Assembly: GCF_006345805.1 (NCBI RefSeq)
Contig: NC_043014.1
Coordinates: 50,902,001 to 50,966,000 of the forward strand
Source of the DNA: Octopus sinensis
Lineage: Eukaryota
Reading direction: 5' to 3'
Length of the DNA: 64,000 bases
Both the position numbers and the translations under genes were made by a program. This document shows, one piece after another, positions 12,763 through 24,549 of this stretch (its first letter is position 1; each line of letters starts with the position of its first letter). The notes below the pieces were generated by a model that ran no database searches, was not told the origin of the DNA, and was given only the letters and a program-made list of their open reading frames with translations.

Positions 12763-13159
12763 TCTTTATATATAAAAGTGAAGTTGTGTGTCTGTCTCCT
12801 ACGATTTAGATTCCTAACTACTCCCACATTTTGCGATGCAGTTTAACCAAAACCGGGTATCTTATAGTCGTGATTCATATCGAGCCCTTCTGGGTATTAG
12901 CGCGCGTCTACGATGAGTCTACGATTTAAAAAAAAATTACCATAATTTTTTTCCATTTTAATGCATTTTTTTCGCTATTATATAAGGGAAGTAACTCTCT
13001 AAAAATGTCTACGATGAGTCAACGATTTAAAAAAAAATTACCATAATTTTTTTTATATTTTTAATGCATTTTTTTGCTATTTTTTGGCTATAACTCTCTA
13101 AAAATGCTTATATAGTTATTTCCCTTACAAACCCGAGCAACGCCGGGCGACACTGCTAG
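12763..13159 (+). mobile_element. Non-autonomous Helitron (copy 1)
   Basis: 5' TC at 12763 preceded by A; subterminal hairpin cccgagcaacgccggg (13132-13147); 3' CTAG 13156-13159 followed by T; no TSD; internal 101-bp tandem duplication; inserted in (TA)n. Confidence 0.85.
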
Positions 13160-13507
13160 TATATATATATATATGAGTGGGCGCTGGTATGTAGTGTTTG
13201 TGTATATATGTCTCAACCCACTCACATGTATACATTGCTGAGATTCTAAGAATTTATAAAAATTGGGACAGAATGTGAACTAATTCCTTCTATAGAACTG
13301 ATTCTCGGGCTACATATAACGCAATAAATATTGGGTACTCAATGATCTGAATACCGTTATTGTCTTGAGAAGTCATTTTGGATGGAAGACACCGTAAGAG
13401 GTCTTGGAATTCCGTGCAGAAAGCCTTTGAACCCAATAATTACATACCATTTATAACTTTACGTCTACCGGATCCAGTTCCAAAAGCGAAATGCATACAT
13501 ACATACA

Positions 13508-13543
<36 letters not shown>

Positions 13544-13998
13544 CAGAGAGAGAGGCGGGATGGAGAGAGAGGGGAGACCAGTAAACAAGTGTCACCTTAG
13601 TCTACTGGCTGTGGACAGCTGATATTTTCCATCATACGCAGCCAAATAAGCTGAGAATTTTCACCAAATAATAATGATAATAATAATTGTATAATATTAA
13701 TAAGTATCTATCCAAAAATCCTCATCATAAAAAATTAATCTGCGATACTTATATCACCCCCTGTCTCTCATAGTGTCCGAAAATATGACTGTAATAGAGA
13801 GCTTTAGCAAGGAAAATCATACTGTCACCCAACATATAGAAAATTAATCATATTTTCCTTAACAGGGGTGAAAAAATACTATACTTATATCAATAATCAA
13901 TATAGACACATCAGATGATAAGAGGAAGAAAACATTGAAAGGTCGTTCCCGAGTTTAGGCTCATAAAACCTTTCTCACGGATCTTGTGGCGTATATAT

Positions 13999-14231
13999 AT
14001 TTCTTTACTACCCACAAGGGGCTAAACACAGAGGGGACAAACAAGGACAGACAAAGGGATTAAGTCGATTATATCGACTCCAGTGCGTAACTGGTACTTA
14101 ATTTATCGACCCCGAAAGGATGAAAGGCAAAGTCGACCTCGGCGGAATTTGAACCCAGAACGTAACGGCAGACGAAATACGGCTCCGCATTTCGCCCGGC
14201 ATGCTAACGATTGTGCCAGTTCGCCGCCTTG
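13999..14231 (-). mobile_element. SINE family B, full length
   Basis: Reverse complement of the 17500-17730 copy. Confidence 0.9.
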
Positions 14232-15314
14232 CGGCGTATATATGCCCACCCTTGGACGCTTAACCGGTCTGTCGCAATCAAATGATCAGTCCGTTATTTA
14301 ATATTTCAAAATGAGCCGAATAGTTTAAGAGTAACAGATATTTAGAAATATAAAACATAATATCACTTTATTTAATAAATATATTTCACATTCTATTTGT
14401 AAATGGTAGAACTACTACAGACGTACTAATTATTACTGCTTGGTTATCAACATGTATAGATTCTGACAAGTTCCAATAAACTAGAGTTGTAAGATTTGTA
14501 AAATTTGTTAAGGTGTCGCATTGGCATTTGGGAATCATTAATACTTCTTTATGCATGATTTCCTCGATATATCAAATACATTATGATGTATGAGACGAAA
14601 TTGTTGGCGTATAAATAATGGACGATAACTATAATAGAGATTTCGTCCGGAGAACAGAATACTGTAAATGTAAACGGATGTACGGATGTGCAAGCATGTA
14701 TTGGTTAAAGGGAACATTTACGGCAGAGAGAGAGAGAGAGACACAATAAGTGAACACAAACACAATCACGCCATACTAACATCACGGAAACACGTTTGTC
14801 ATATGATTCACCTAGATAACGAAATTACTGTGTATGAACAGAAATGTCTGAAACACGAAGACGGTTTATTAACCACACCATGTCAACACTTCAATAGAAT
14901 CATATTATAAATTAATGTTAAACTCCGGTGTTATCTCTTATAAGTAAATGACTCTGTCTGAGAGATAACTCGCCCCGTCGTCTGACATGTTTATCTCTCA
15001 TTCCAGTTACAAATTTCCTGTTGTATGAGTGTAAAATGTTTGGAAAGGCTATGCACTAGGTATAAATTCTTCATACACTGAGTGGGTGCTATGAATATTC
15101 TCGCAAAATCTTACAAGACGAAGAAGTATATTGCTAACATCGTACACTAGACTCACTAAACTACACAACAAGCAATCAGGCATTACATAAAAAGTAGATG
15201 ATATACACCACATAGAAATAATAGTAAATTTTCTCTTTCGTTTTTACTAAAGGTACAAGATAGAAAATTCAAAGAAGGGGACTAATTGATTATATCTATA
15301 TCCCAATACATGAG

Positions 15315-15480
15315 TAAGGCATCGAGATGGCAGAATGGTCAGTGCGTCACACAAATTACTTAGCATTTCTACCTGCTTTTCACGATGTGAGTACAAATCC
15401 TGTAGATTTCATCCCTTTAGGGTCGATAAAATAATATACCATTCAAATACTGGGATCAATACAATCGACTTTTTCTTTCT
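15315..15480 (+). mobile_element. SINE family B, old diverged copy
   Basis: gagatggcagaatggtcag...agggtcgataaaataa...tactgggatcaatacaatcgac aligns loosely to family B. Confidence 0.55.
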
Positions 15481-16249
15481 CCGCAAAATTAGTAGGCTTG
15501 AGCCCTGCAACAGATCGGTGCCCTGTTCAGGGATGAAGATCAGGGCCTCTGTCATTTATACATTATGGGAACAGGGTACTAGGTTTTATAAAATCTAAGG
15601 ATAAATAAAGATAAAAAATAAACAAGCAAACGAGAGGCACTTTATCATGTGGACCAGTGTACGTGAGTGGTGGTATCCTTCATCGATTCTGCAAAGATGA
15701 AAGTCAAAATTGAGATCGTTAATAATTCATATCAGAACATATACAGCCGGAACAAACATCATGAAACACTGAACTCATGTGATAAATGGAGTATGTTCGT
15801 CTCGTTCTATACATTCTGATTACTTAAGCGTTTTGCCAAGTGTATGGAATTTTCGCTGTTGGTGATATTTTATAACATAGCAACACGTTCTTTGCTTCCA
15901 TTTCGCTAATCTAATGGCAAAATCCATTCATATCAGCATCAGTTTCCTTTTGCTACACATTTCCAGTTACTTCTGTGCTTTCGTTGTCATCTTTTCTTTT
16001 GCTTGTCACTCCTAGCGGGAGTATTCTCTACAGATTGGGTGAATAATACAATTTATCAACTTTTTTTTTCCATTTCCTTATATGGAGAATGGTAGACTTA
16101 CATATAAGAATACATTGTGCAGAACTCTCCTGTAAATGGATTTCCTGTAGCTTTCTTCTTGATAGCCATAAACAGTGTTACAACAGAAACTTCCTTTCTT
16201 TAACCGCCACTTCTCTATCCATGTATATATTTGTATGCGCATGTGCATT

Positions 16250-16300
16250 TAACTCCTATCTATCTATCTATCTATCTATCTATCTCTATCTATCTATCTA

Positions 16301-16340
<40 letters not shown>

Positions 16341-16410
16341 CATCCATCCATCCATCCATCCATCCATCTCTCTATCTATCTATCTATCTATCTATTTATC
16401 TATCTATCTG
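16250..16410. repeat. (TCTA)n/(TCCA)n tetranucleotide array
   Basis: Direct reading. Confidence 0.95.
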
Positions 16411-16731
16411 TGTGTATATATGTTTAGATAGATAGAATAGATGTATGGCTCATATTCTTGTTTTTATATAGACAAATATGTTTTCTTTGGAAGAACAGAT
16501 AAAATCAAAGCATAGTCTCTGCTTTGACGAGTTTCCTTTTAAGACAAGATTTACTGCAATATGTTTCAGGTTTTTCTATCCATAAAGTATTAAAAATCGG
16601 TTATCATTCGACATTTTTTGATTTGACTTTTAATTTAAGCATCTCAAGCAGATTTTTATTTCTTAAAAATTAATTGCTGGATTATCATATTTAATCCAAA
16701 TTCTTCAACAGACTTTGTGAGATTGTACTAC

Positions 16732-16811
<80 letters not shown>

Positions 16812-17036
16812 GTATTTAATTTTGAAAAATGTTTCATCTCAAAATCTTATAAATTTACACGGTAACAGGTAAACATATTGTTTATTGCAATTAATTAGCA
16901 GAGATGTACTTGCATAGCAAGTGACTTGATCTGAGATCGTGTGCTGGAACGAAAACAATTGCAGCGTGGAAGGTGTTTGTAAGCCATTTAAGAAACACAC
17001 AAAAGCCATTCGATTCACTTCAACATTTAAGTTTAA

Positions 17037-17088
17037 TTTGTCAAAATATTTTCGTCGCTTTAAGACCCGCGACCTCTTCACTGACAAA
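17037..17088 (-). ncRNA. Hammerhead-like three-way junction with C3->G core variant
   Basis: UUUGUCA-GUGAAGA-G-GUCGC(10 nt)GCGAC-GAA-AAUAUU-U-UGACAAA: 7-bp stem I, 5-bp stem II, palindromic stem III. Confidence 0.4.
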
Positions 17089-17499
17089 AATCCGTGATGC
17101 ACGGACGCAGCACGGATTTTTTTAATTAAAAAATAATTTTTTTTTTCCATTCGACTTGAGAAAACGGCAATGGCTAGATTGCTTGCAGGTTCCTCATGAA
17201 CTCTTGTATATCAACATCTGAGAGTAAAACGTGGTCAAGAAAAGGATTCCAGTGGATGACAATGAAGGAAGGGACGGAGGAAGGAAGGGAGGAAGGAAGG
17301 AAGGAGTGGAATGAAACGGGATTCATGTCGGACCCGGTAACCAGCAGCAGCAGCAGCAGCAGCAGCAATATCAGCAACATTAGCAGCAGATATAGAGAGT
17401 GAAACCAACAGTAGGCGCCACATCAGATGCGAACTGATTTAACAAAATACGTGTTTGTGTTTGTGTGTGTGTGTGTGTGCATGTATATATATATATATT

Positions 17500-17730
17500 A
17501 AGGCGGCGAGCTGGCAGAAACGTTAGCACGCCGGACGACCTGCGTAGCCGTATTTCGTCTGTCGTTACGTTCCGAGTTCAAATTCCGCCGAGGTCGACTT
17601 TACCTTTCATCCTTTCGGGGTCGATAAATTAAGTACCAGTTACGCACTGGGGTCGATGTAATCGACTTAATCCCTTTGTCTGTCCTTGTTTGTCCCCTCT
17701 GTGTTTAGCCCCTTGTGGGTAGTAAAGAAA
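17500..17730 (+). mobile_element. tRNA-derived SINE family B, full length
   Basis: Head aaggcggcgagctggcagaaacgttagc, B-box-like GAGTTCAAATTCC (17574-17586), tail ..gccccttgtgggtagtaaagaaa; inserted in (TA)n. Confidence 0.9.
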
Positions 17731-17734
17731 TATA

Positions 17735-17802
<68 letters not shown>

Positions 17803-17900
17803 CTGTATGTGTGTCTACACAAAAAAAATATATACGAATTCATATACATACATATATAAATACATATGTATATATGTGTGTTTGTGTGTGTATATAATCT

Positions 17901-18310
17901 TTACTCTTTACTCTTTTACTTGTTTCAGTCAATTGACTGCGGCCATGCTGGAGCACCGCCTTTAGACGAGCAAATCTACCCCGTGACTTATTTTTGTAAG
18001 CCCAGTACTTGTTCCATCGGTCTCCTTTGCCGAACTGCTAAGTGACGGGGACGTAAACACAGCAGCATCGGTTCTCAAGCAATGCTAGGGGGACAAACAC
18101 AGACACACAAACATATACACACACACACATATATATATATATACGACAGGCTTCTTTCAGTTTCTGTCTACCAAATCCACTCACAAGGCATTGGTCGGTC
18201 CGGGGCTATAGCAGAAGACACTTGTGCAAGGTGCCACGCCGTGAGACTGAACCCGGAACCATGTGGTTTTTTTAGCAAGCTACTTACCACACAGCCACTC
18301 CTGCGCTTAT
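17901..18310 (-). mobile_element. SINE family A (tandem cluster, copy 1)
   Basis: Full head and tail as at 851-1270. Confidence 0.9.
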
Positions 18311-18330
18311 TTATATTTATATATATATTC

Positions 18331-18700
18331 TTTTATTTGTTTCAGTCATTTGACTACGGCCATGCTAGGGCACCGCCTTCAGTCAAACGAATCGACCCCA
18401 GAACTTATTTCTTGTAAGCCTAGCATTCATTCTGTCGGGCTCTTTTTACCGAACCGCTAATTTACGGGGACGTAAGCATACCAACATCTGTTGTCGAACG
18501 CCAAATACAGACACACAAACACACACCCACACACACATATACGACGGGCTTCTTTCAGTTTCCGTTTACCAAATCCACTCACAAGGTTTTGGACGGCCCG
18601 AGGCTATAGTAGAAGACACTTACCCAACGTGTCACGCAGTGGGAGTGAAACCAGAACCATGTGGTTGGTAGCCAAGCTGCTTATCCCACAGCCACTCCAT
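18331..18700 (-). mobile_element. SINE family A (tandem cluster, copy 2, more diverged)
   Basis: Same modules with more substitutions and a shortened middle. Confidence 0.85.
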
Positions 18701-18762
18701 ATAAATATATGTGCATGTATATATATTTTTGTACACACACATACACACACATGCATATATAT

Positions 18763-19174
18763 ACTCTTTACTCTCTCTTTTATTTGTTTCAGTCATTTGA
18801 CTGCGGCCATGCTGGAGCACAGCCTTTAATCGAGCAGCTCGACCTCAGGACTTATTCTTTGTAAGCCCAGTACTTATTCTATCGTTCTCTTTTGCCGAAC
18901 CGCTAAGTGACGGGGACGTAAACACAGCAGCATCGGTTGTCAAGCAATGCTAGGGGGACAAACACAAACATACACGCACACACACATATACATATATATA
19001 CATATATACGACGGGCTCCTTTCAGTTTCCGTCTACCAAATCCACTTACAAGGCTTTGGTCGGCCCGAGGCTTAAGTAGAAGAGACTTGCCCTAGGTGCC
19101 ACGCAGCGGGACTAAACCCGGAACCATGTGGTTGGTAAACAAGCTACTTACCACACAGCCACTCCTGCGCCTAT
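18763..19174 (-). mobile_element. SINE family A (tandem cluster, copy 3)
   Basis: Full head and tail; head end partly reiterated at ~19189-19206. Confidence 0.9.
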
Positions 19175-19752
19175 ATATATATGTATATAGGCACTCCTGC
19201 TCCTATATATATGTATATATAAAACAGAGAGAAACTTATTATGCGCAAAAAATCAATGGCATATAGAACGAAAAGTAATGGAAAAAGAAAAACAAACATC
19301 AAAAGAAACACAACGAGTAAATAGGGAGAAGACAAATATGAAAATATATAAAAAAATAGAAATCATATTGAAATGTAAATAGATAAAATCATTAAAGGAA
19401 ACAAGAATTTATAAAATAAATGCCATAGATTTATCAAAAGCAAAATCAAATGCAAGCAAGCGAGGGCAAGGAGCCAACACTATTGTTGTAACAGTAGAAA
19501 TAGCACAGACGGGATGCTGTGTTGTTGTGATCCAAAGTTTGGTGCGTGTCAGAGAATAACGTTTTGTCAATCACTTCAAGTTAGTGCAGAAAAAATACTT
19601 ATTGATTTAAGAGCAATATATAGTGCTATTAAATGCACATGCACAATCCATCGCGTGATCTCTTAGTGTCACTCTGTCTGCTAGAAATCATAGCTAATGC
19701 TTCCCCAAATGATGTCTTTCTTTCGTCATAGAAACCCTTATGTTTTTGAATA

Positions 19753-19947
19753 CCGTATTTTAACGTGTATAAGGAATCCTTTTTTTGTCAAAAATCAGGG
19801 TTAAAAATTACGTGAGTTTCTTATACATGGATAGTATTATAATCCCTTACAAAACCTTTTTTCCAAATTTTAAGCCCCCAAAATTAGGGGTTGCCTTATA
19901 TACAGGATTCCTTATACATAAGTGTTCCTATACACGCTAAAATGCGG
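19753..19947. mobile_element. ~195-bp MITE, Tc1/mariner-pogo type
   Basis: TA|ccgtattttaacgtgtataagg ... cctatacacgctaaaatgcgg|TA: imperfect ~22-bp TIRs with flanking TA at 19751-19752 and 19948-19949. Confidence 0.75.
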
Positions 19948-20204
19948 TATATTATGTTAATGTTACACGTAGAACATTGTTCATAAACGATTTACTCGAT
20001 TAGGAAGGGGCCCTTATTAAAGAACAACAACTCTACCAAGATGTGTACATGAGAGACACGTCACCCACATAGGTGTCTACCGAAAAGTATGTCCTTCAGC
20101 TAGGAACCACGGATGCAGTTGTTTTAACTGCTTGAAAGAAAAGGTAAATATCTTTCAAATCAAACCATAAATGAATAGAAAAGGAAGGCAATATACAATA
20201 ATGT

Positions 20205-20651
20205 AGAAATGATATATTTCTAAATCTCTCAGAGAGATTTATGCAGTAGCAGCATGATAAAGTGATAGCATGTTGTCAACTTAATGTGAGAGTCCATGAA
20301 AGGGAAGAATACTACTGTTATTTAACCCTAGGAAACACCGTTTCCTGTTGGACTTGACACGTTTCCTGTGTCCTTGAGTTTTCAAAGTGGAGATAAGTAT
20401 CTCTACCCAGAAAAGGCAGCATCCAGAGAATAGTTTCAGAGTCATTGCTCATCATCAGCTTGCAGGAGCATTGTCTCTGAAATTAGTCTCTGGTGGTTGG
20501 CTTTGCTGGGTGGAGGTACTTGTATCTATTTTAAAAACATGACACAGGAAATGTGTCATGATCAACAGGACACGGTGTTTCCTAGGGCTAAATAACAGTA
20601 GCATTATTCCCTTTCATGGGACTGTCACATTAAGCTGACAACATACTATCA
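20205..20651. mobile_element. Foldback element with ~190-bp inverted arms and a 15-nt loop
   Basis: 20263-20450 pairs with 20466-20651; loop 20451-20465; the left part is repeated at 63568-63722. Confidence 0.85.
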
Positions 20652-20879
20652 TTTTACAATAATGTAGTCGTCCATGTGGTCATGGTGGGAATGCTCTTTT
20701 GCTTTAGGTTTGATGTGTCAGCGTTGGTTGATATCTAGTTAAAGAAGAAGGTGGAGAAATAAAAATAGCAGAAATAGAAGAAGGAGAAAAAGAAGAAAAA
20801 GGAGAAGACGTGGACGATGGTGATGACAAACAACAATAAAGATAAAAGGGAAAATATAAATGGCAATTAGGAAAAAGAG

Positions 20880-21304
20880 TAGTGGCAGAAGCAGCAGCAG
20901 CAGCAGCAATAACAACACAAACATATACAAAAACAGTTGTAGAAGCCACAATAACAAGAGCAAAAACAATGAGTACGAAATCAAACAAGTGCAATAAGAA
21001 CAATAACAGCAACAACGACATCATCATCATCATCATCATCATCAACAACAACAACAGTAGCAACAACAACAGCATTAACAACTTACACTAACAGCAACAA
21101 CAGCTCACCACCACCACCACCATCACCACCACCACCACAACCACCACCACTACCACCACCACCATCACCAACGCCATGACCACCACCGCCGCCACCACCA
21201 CCACCACCATCACCACTACCACTACCACCACCACCACCACCGCCACTACCACTACCAACACCATCACCACCACCACCACCACCACCACCACCACCACCAC
21301 AACC

Positions 21305-21339
<35 letters not shown>

Positions 21340-21500
21340 CGATAATTAAGGACGATGATCTACTGCAAGAGTAATAATAAATACAACAGCACCAGAAACT
21401 GTAGCAGCTGTCGCATCAAGGACGAATACACCAGCGGCATCAACAACAACAACAACAACAACAACAACAACGAGACAAATCTACCAAGACGCCCATAGGA
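20880..21500. repeat. Compound trinucleotide array (CAG/CAA/CAT/CAC/TAC)
   Basis: Direct reading; explains the poly-V, poly-L and poly-T ORFs. Confidence 0.9.
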
Positions 21501-23139
21501 TCATCAAGAATTTCTACATTAAAAGAGCAATAATAATGAAATGAAAGACAACGTAAATAATTGGTGCAACAACAAGAATAACAAATAAAAATGTTAGCCA
21601 CGAAAGCTGAAGGAACCGTATAAACCTGCACAGAGATGACAGCAGCAGCAACGCCACCAGCGGCAGCAGCAACAGCAACAACAACAACAACGAAAGCATG
21701 TTACTTGAAAACAAATATACTAAGAAATAAGGCAAAATTGAACCCCAACAGCAACATCGAGAACAACAATGACATCAGTAACAGCTGTAGTAATACATTA
21801 AGCAACAAGAACAACATCAAGAACATTTGCAAGAACAACCGCACAAGAAACAACAATAATAATAACAACAACAGCGCAGATATACAATAACGGAGAATAA
21901 GGGGGAAAAAACCTAATATAGAGCCAAATATCGGATCCCTACTGAGGAGTTAATTTAAGGAGATAGATACTTAAAAGCCAAACTGTATATCAGACACAGA
22001 AATATATAATATTCAATCAAACGAACGAATAATGAAAGGAGAGATAAAAAAAAGAAACAAATATGGCAGCGAGGAGAAACAAACGAAATAAATAATATAC
22101 GAATAACGAAAATAGATATTAAAAACACATATACACAAAAAAAAAATCATTAAAACATTGTAAAGTATAAATAAGGAAGATAGATTTATCACAAGCAAAA
22201 ACAAACGGAACGGAATATTCATCCAGAAGCGAATCAAAACACTGTGTTTATACAAACCGATAAAATCCGAAACAGAATTTCACAAACAAAATATATAAAC
22301 AATATTGGATAAGAGAAAGTTCAAAAGGCAGAAAGATCTAAAGTCGGAAATGTTGAATATGACAATAATCTAAAGATGGAAATAGTTAAGGAATAATAAT
22401 CGATAGTTCTTCCTATGGACCAATGAAAGATCGTCCCAATGATAAAATTCAATGATAAAAATAAGAAGAACGATAACAAGCAGCAGAAGCTAGCCACCAT
22501 TACAGACATATGGAAACAGATGAAAACATCAATAAAACGCAGTATAAATCAACCAAGAAATCAATGCAACATCTGCTGTGCATTAGTCACACAGTAATGT
22601 AGGTACGCATTGAACAACATCTCATAGAAAAAGATCGGAACGTAAACAAACAACAACGTGTAAGACAGAGTATAAGGGAGAAGTTTGATTGAAAATAGCA
22701 TAAACAAAGCGATGTTCCAATCCTTAATGAGATATACAATGGCAGCCAATAAATAATGGAAGAAACAGAGATAAATATTATGGAAATGTAAGAAAGAATA
22801 AAGACAGGACTTCAGAGAACGCCTTTAACAAGATGATAGTCATGATAAATCAGAAAGAAAACAAGAAGAGATTGTCAGGAAAAGCGGCAACGTTGTTTTC
22901 CAGAAAACAAACACTGTGGCTCCTCGTGAAAATGAATTTTACGAAGCATTGTGTGAGAATATAAAAAGAAATCAATGGAGATCCAGTGGCAAAGAAATAT
23001 AGGAATTTAAGGAAGATTACAGATAAGAATTTTATAGCCAAATATACAATCCTAAAAATAATAGGCGTCACAAGAATGAAATATCCCTTCTCAAAACAAA
23101 TATTGGTCACAAATTTTGGCAGAAGACATGCGTGGGAGT

Positions 23140-23335
23140 GAGCAAGTCGATTACATAGGTACTTAACTGGTACTTATCTTTATCGCCCCAGTATGCAACT
23201 GGTACTTATTTTATCGACCTCGAACGACGAATGACAAAGTCAACCTCGGCGGAATTTGAACTCAGAACATATAATTGGACAAAAAAACGCCAAACATTTA
23301 GCCCGGCGCGCATATGATTCTGCCAGCTCACCAAA
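23140..23335 (-). mobile_element. SINE family B, partial with an internal reiteration
   Basis: aactggtactta..tatcg appears twice, then cctcggcggaatttgaactcagaac...tctgccagctcacc. Confidence 0.8.
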
Positions 23336-23727
23336 AACTTACTTTATTTGCTAATTGAAAAAACTGGTATTTCTTTTTCTGAGATTATAAACGAAAATGA
23401 ATTTCTCAAACATTCGGACACAGAACTTGTTTGCCTCTATAATACAAGCAGTGTAGTTGATTCTCAACGAGCCTCTTTCATTGGAGTGTTAAACTTCTAC
23501 TCTGCCAGATATAAAAAGCAACCAAATCATCCAGAATTCGCAGATTTGGCGTTTGATACTCTGGTCTTGAATTAACTACACTTAGGAATAAGATTGGATG
23601 CTGAAAGCGGGAATGCATTTTGTTACATTTCTCGATAGTCACAGAAGCTAAATGAAAAATCAGAATAACATATCACATACGCAAAAAAAGGGATGATATA
23701 AATATTTATACATATTTCAATATACCT

Positions 23728-23930
23728 ATTTCTTTACTACCCACAAGAGGCTAAACACAGAAGGGACAAGCAAGGAGAGACAAACGGATTAAGTCGATTA
23801 TATGGACCCCACTGCGTACTGGTACTTAATTTATCGACCGGCGGAATTTGAACTCAGAACGTAACAGCTAAGCATTTCGCTAAGCATTTCGCCCGGCGTA
23901 CTAACGATTCTGCCAGCTCACCGCCTTTCT
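23728..23930 (-). mobile_element. SINE family B with internal deletion
   Basis: ttctttactacccacaagaggctaaacac...tatcgac|cggcggaatttgaactc...ctgccagctcaccgcctt. Confidence 0.85.
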
Positions 23931-24361
23931 TGATAATCGGTATTGCTTAACCTAAGTAACTAGGCAGTTCGCCAAAGGAGAAAATAAAGTAAGTAGGTTA
24001 TTTGAAGGAGAAACATACGTGCAAGGCTTGATTTTTCCGAGGATGCCCGTCAAGGCTGTGCCTAAAATTGTTTGCATTACATTTAGTGCAAGAAGGAAGA
24101 GGAGACAGTTGTAAACTGTGTGTCTGTGTGTGCACACACAGAAACTCGCCTATTCCTGTATGAGATAGGCATAGGAATGTATTTGAAAGTCTACATAGAT
24201 ATTTAGGAGAATTTCAATATAATACACTTAGCTAAAATACAATCCCCCGGTAATAGGTATGGTCTCGCTGACTCAGAGCTGACTCTTATCAAATGAAACG
24301 TCTTGATATTGGCGACACTGGAGCTAATTTGGTTGGCTATATATATATATAATATATATAT

Positions 24362-24549
24362 ATGGCGATTTTTTTCCTCCGTCTTCCCTTCCTTGGATCT
24401 TTACTTTCCCTATGTTTCTGACGAAGAGCTCCGCTCGAAACGTTAGATCCTCGTTCGTTCTTTCCTTTCCTGAGCGTCCAATAACACAATACTTGTTCCA
24501 CGTCCTCGCATTGTTGTGGTTTCTCATTGTGTTTTCATGTTTGGATTAA
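24362..24549 (+). mobile_element. (TA)n-flanked ~190-bp island carrying a minimal hammerhead motif
   Basis: Non-microsatellite segment between two TA tracts; contains the motif at 24414-24448 and shares a gctcagga-type segment with the 43232-43350 island. Confidence 0.6.
24414..24448 (+). ncRNA. Minimal type-I hammerhead ribozyme motif
   Basis: GUUU-CUGACGA-A-GAGC UCC GCUC-GAAAC-GUU-AGAU; intact core, palindromic AACGUU stem III, wobble-rich stem I. Confidence 0.65.
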
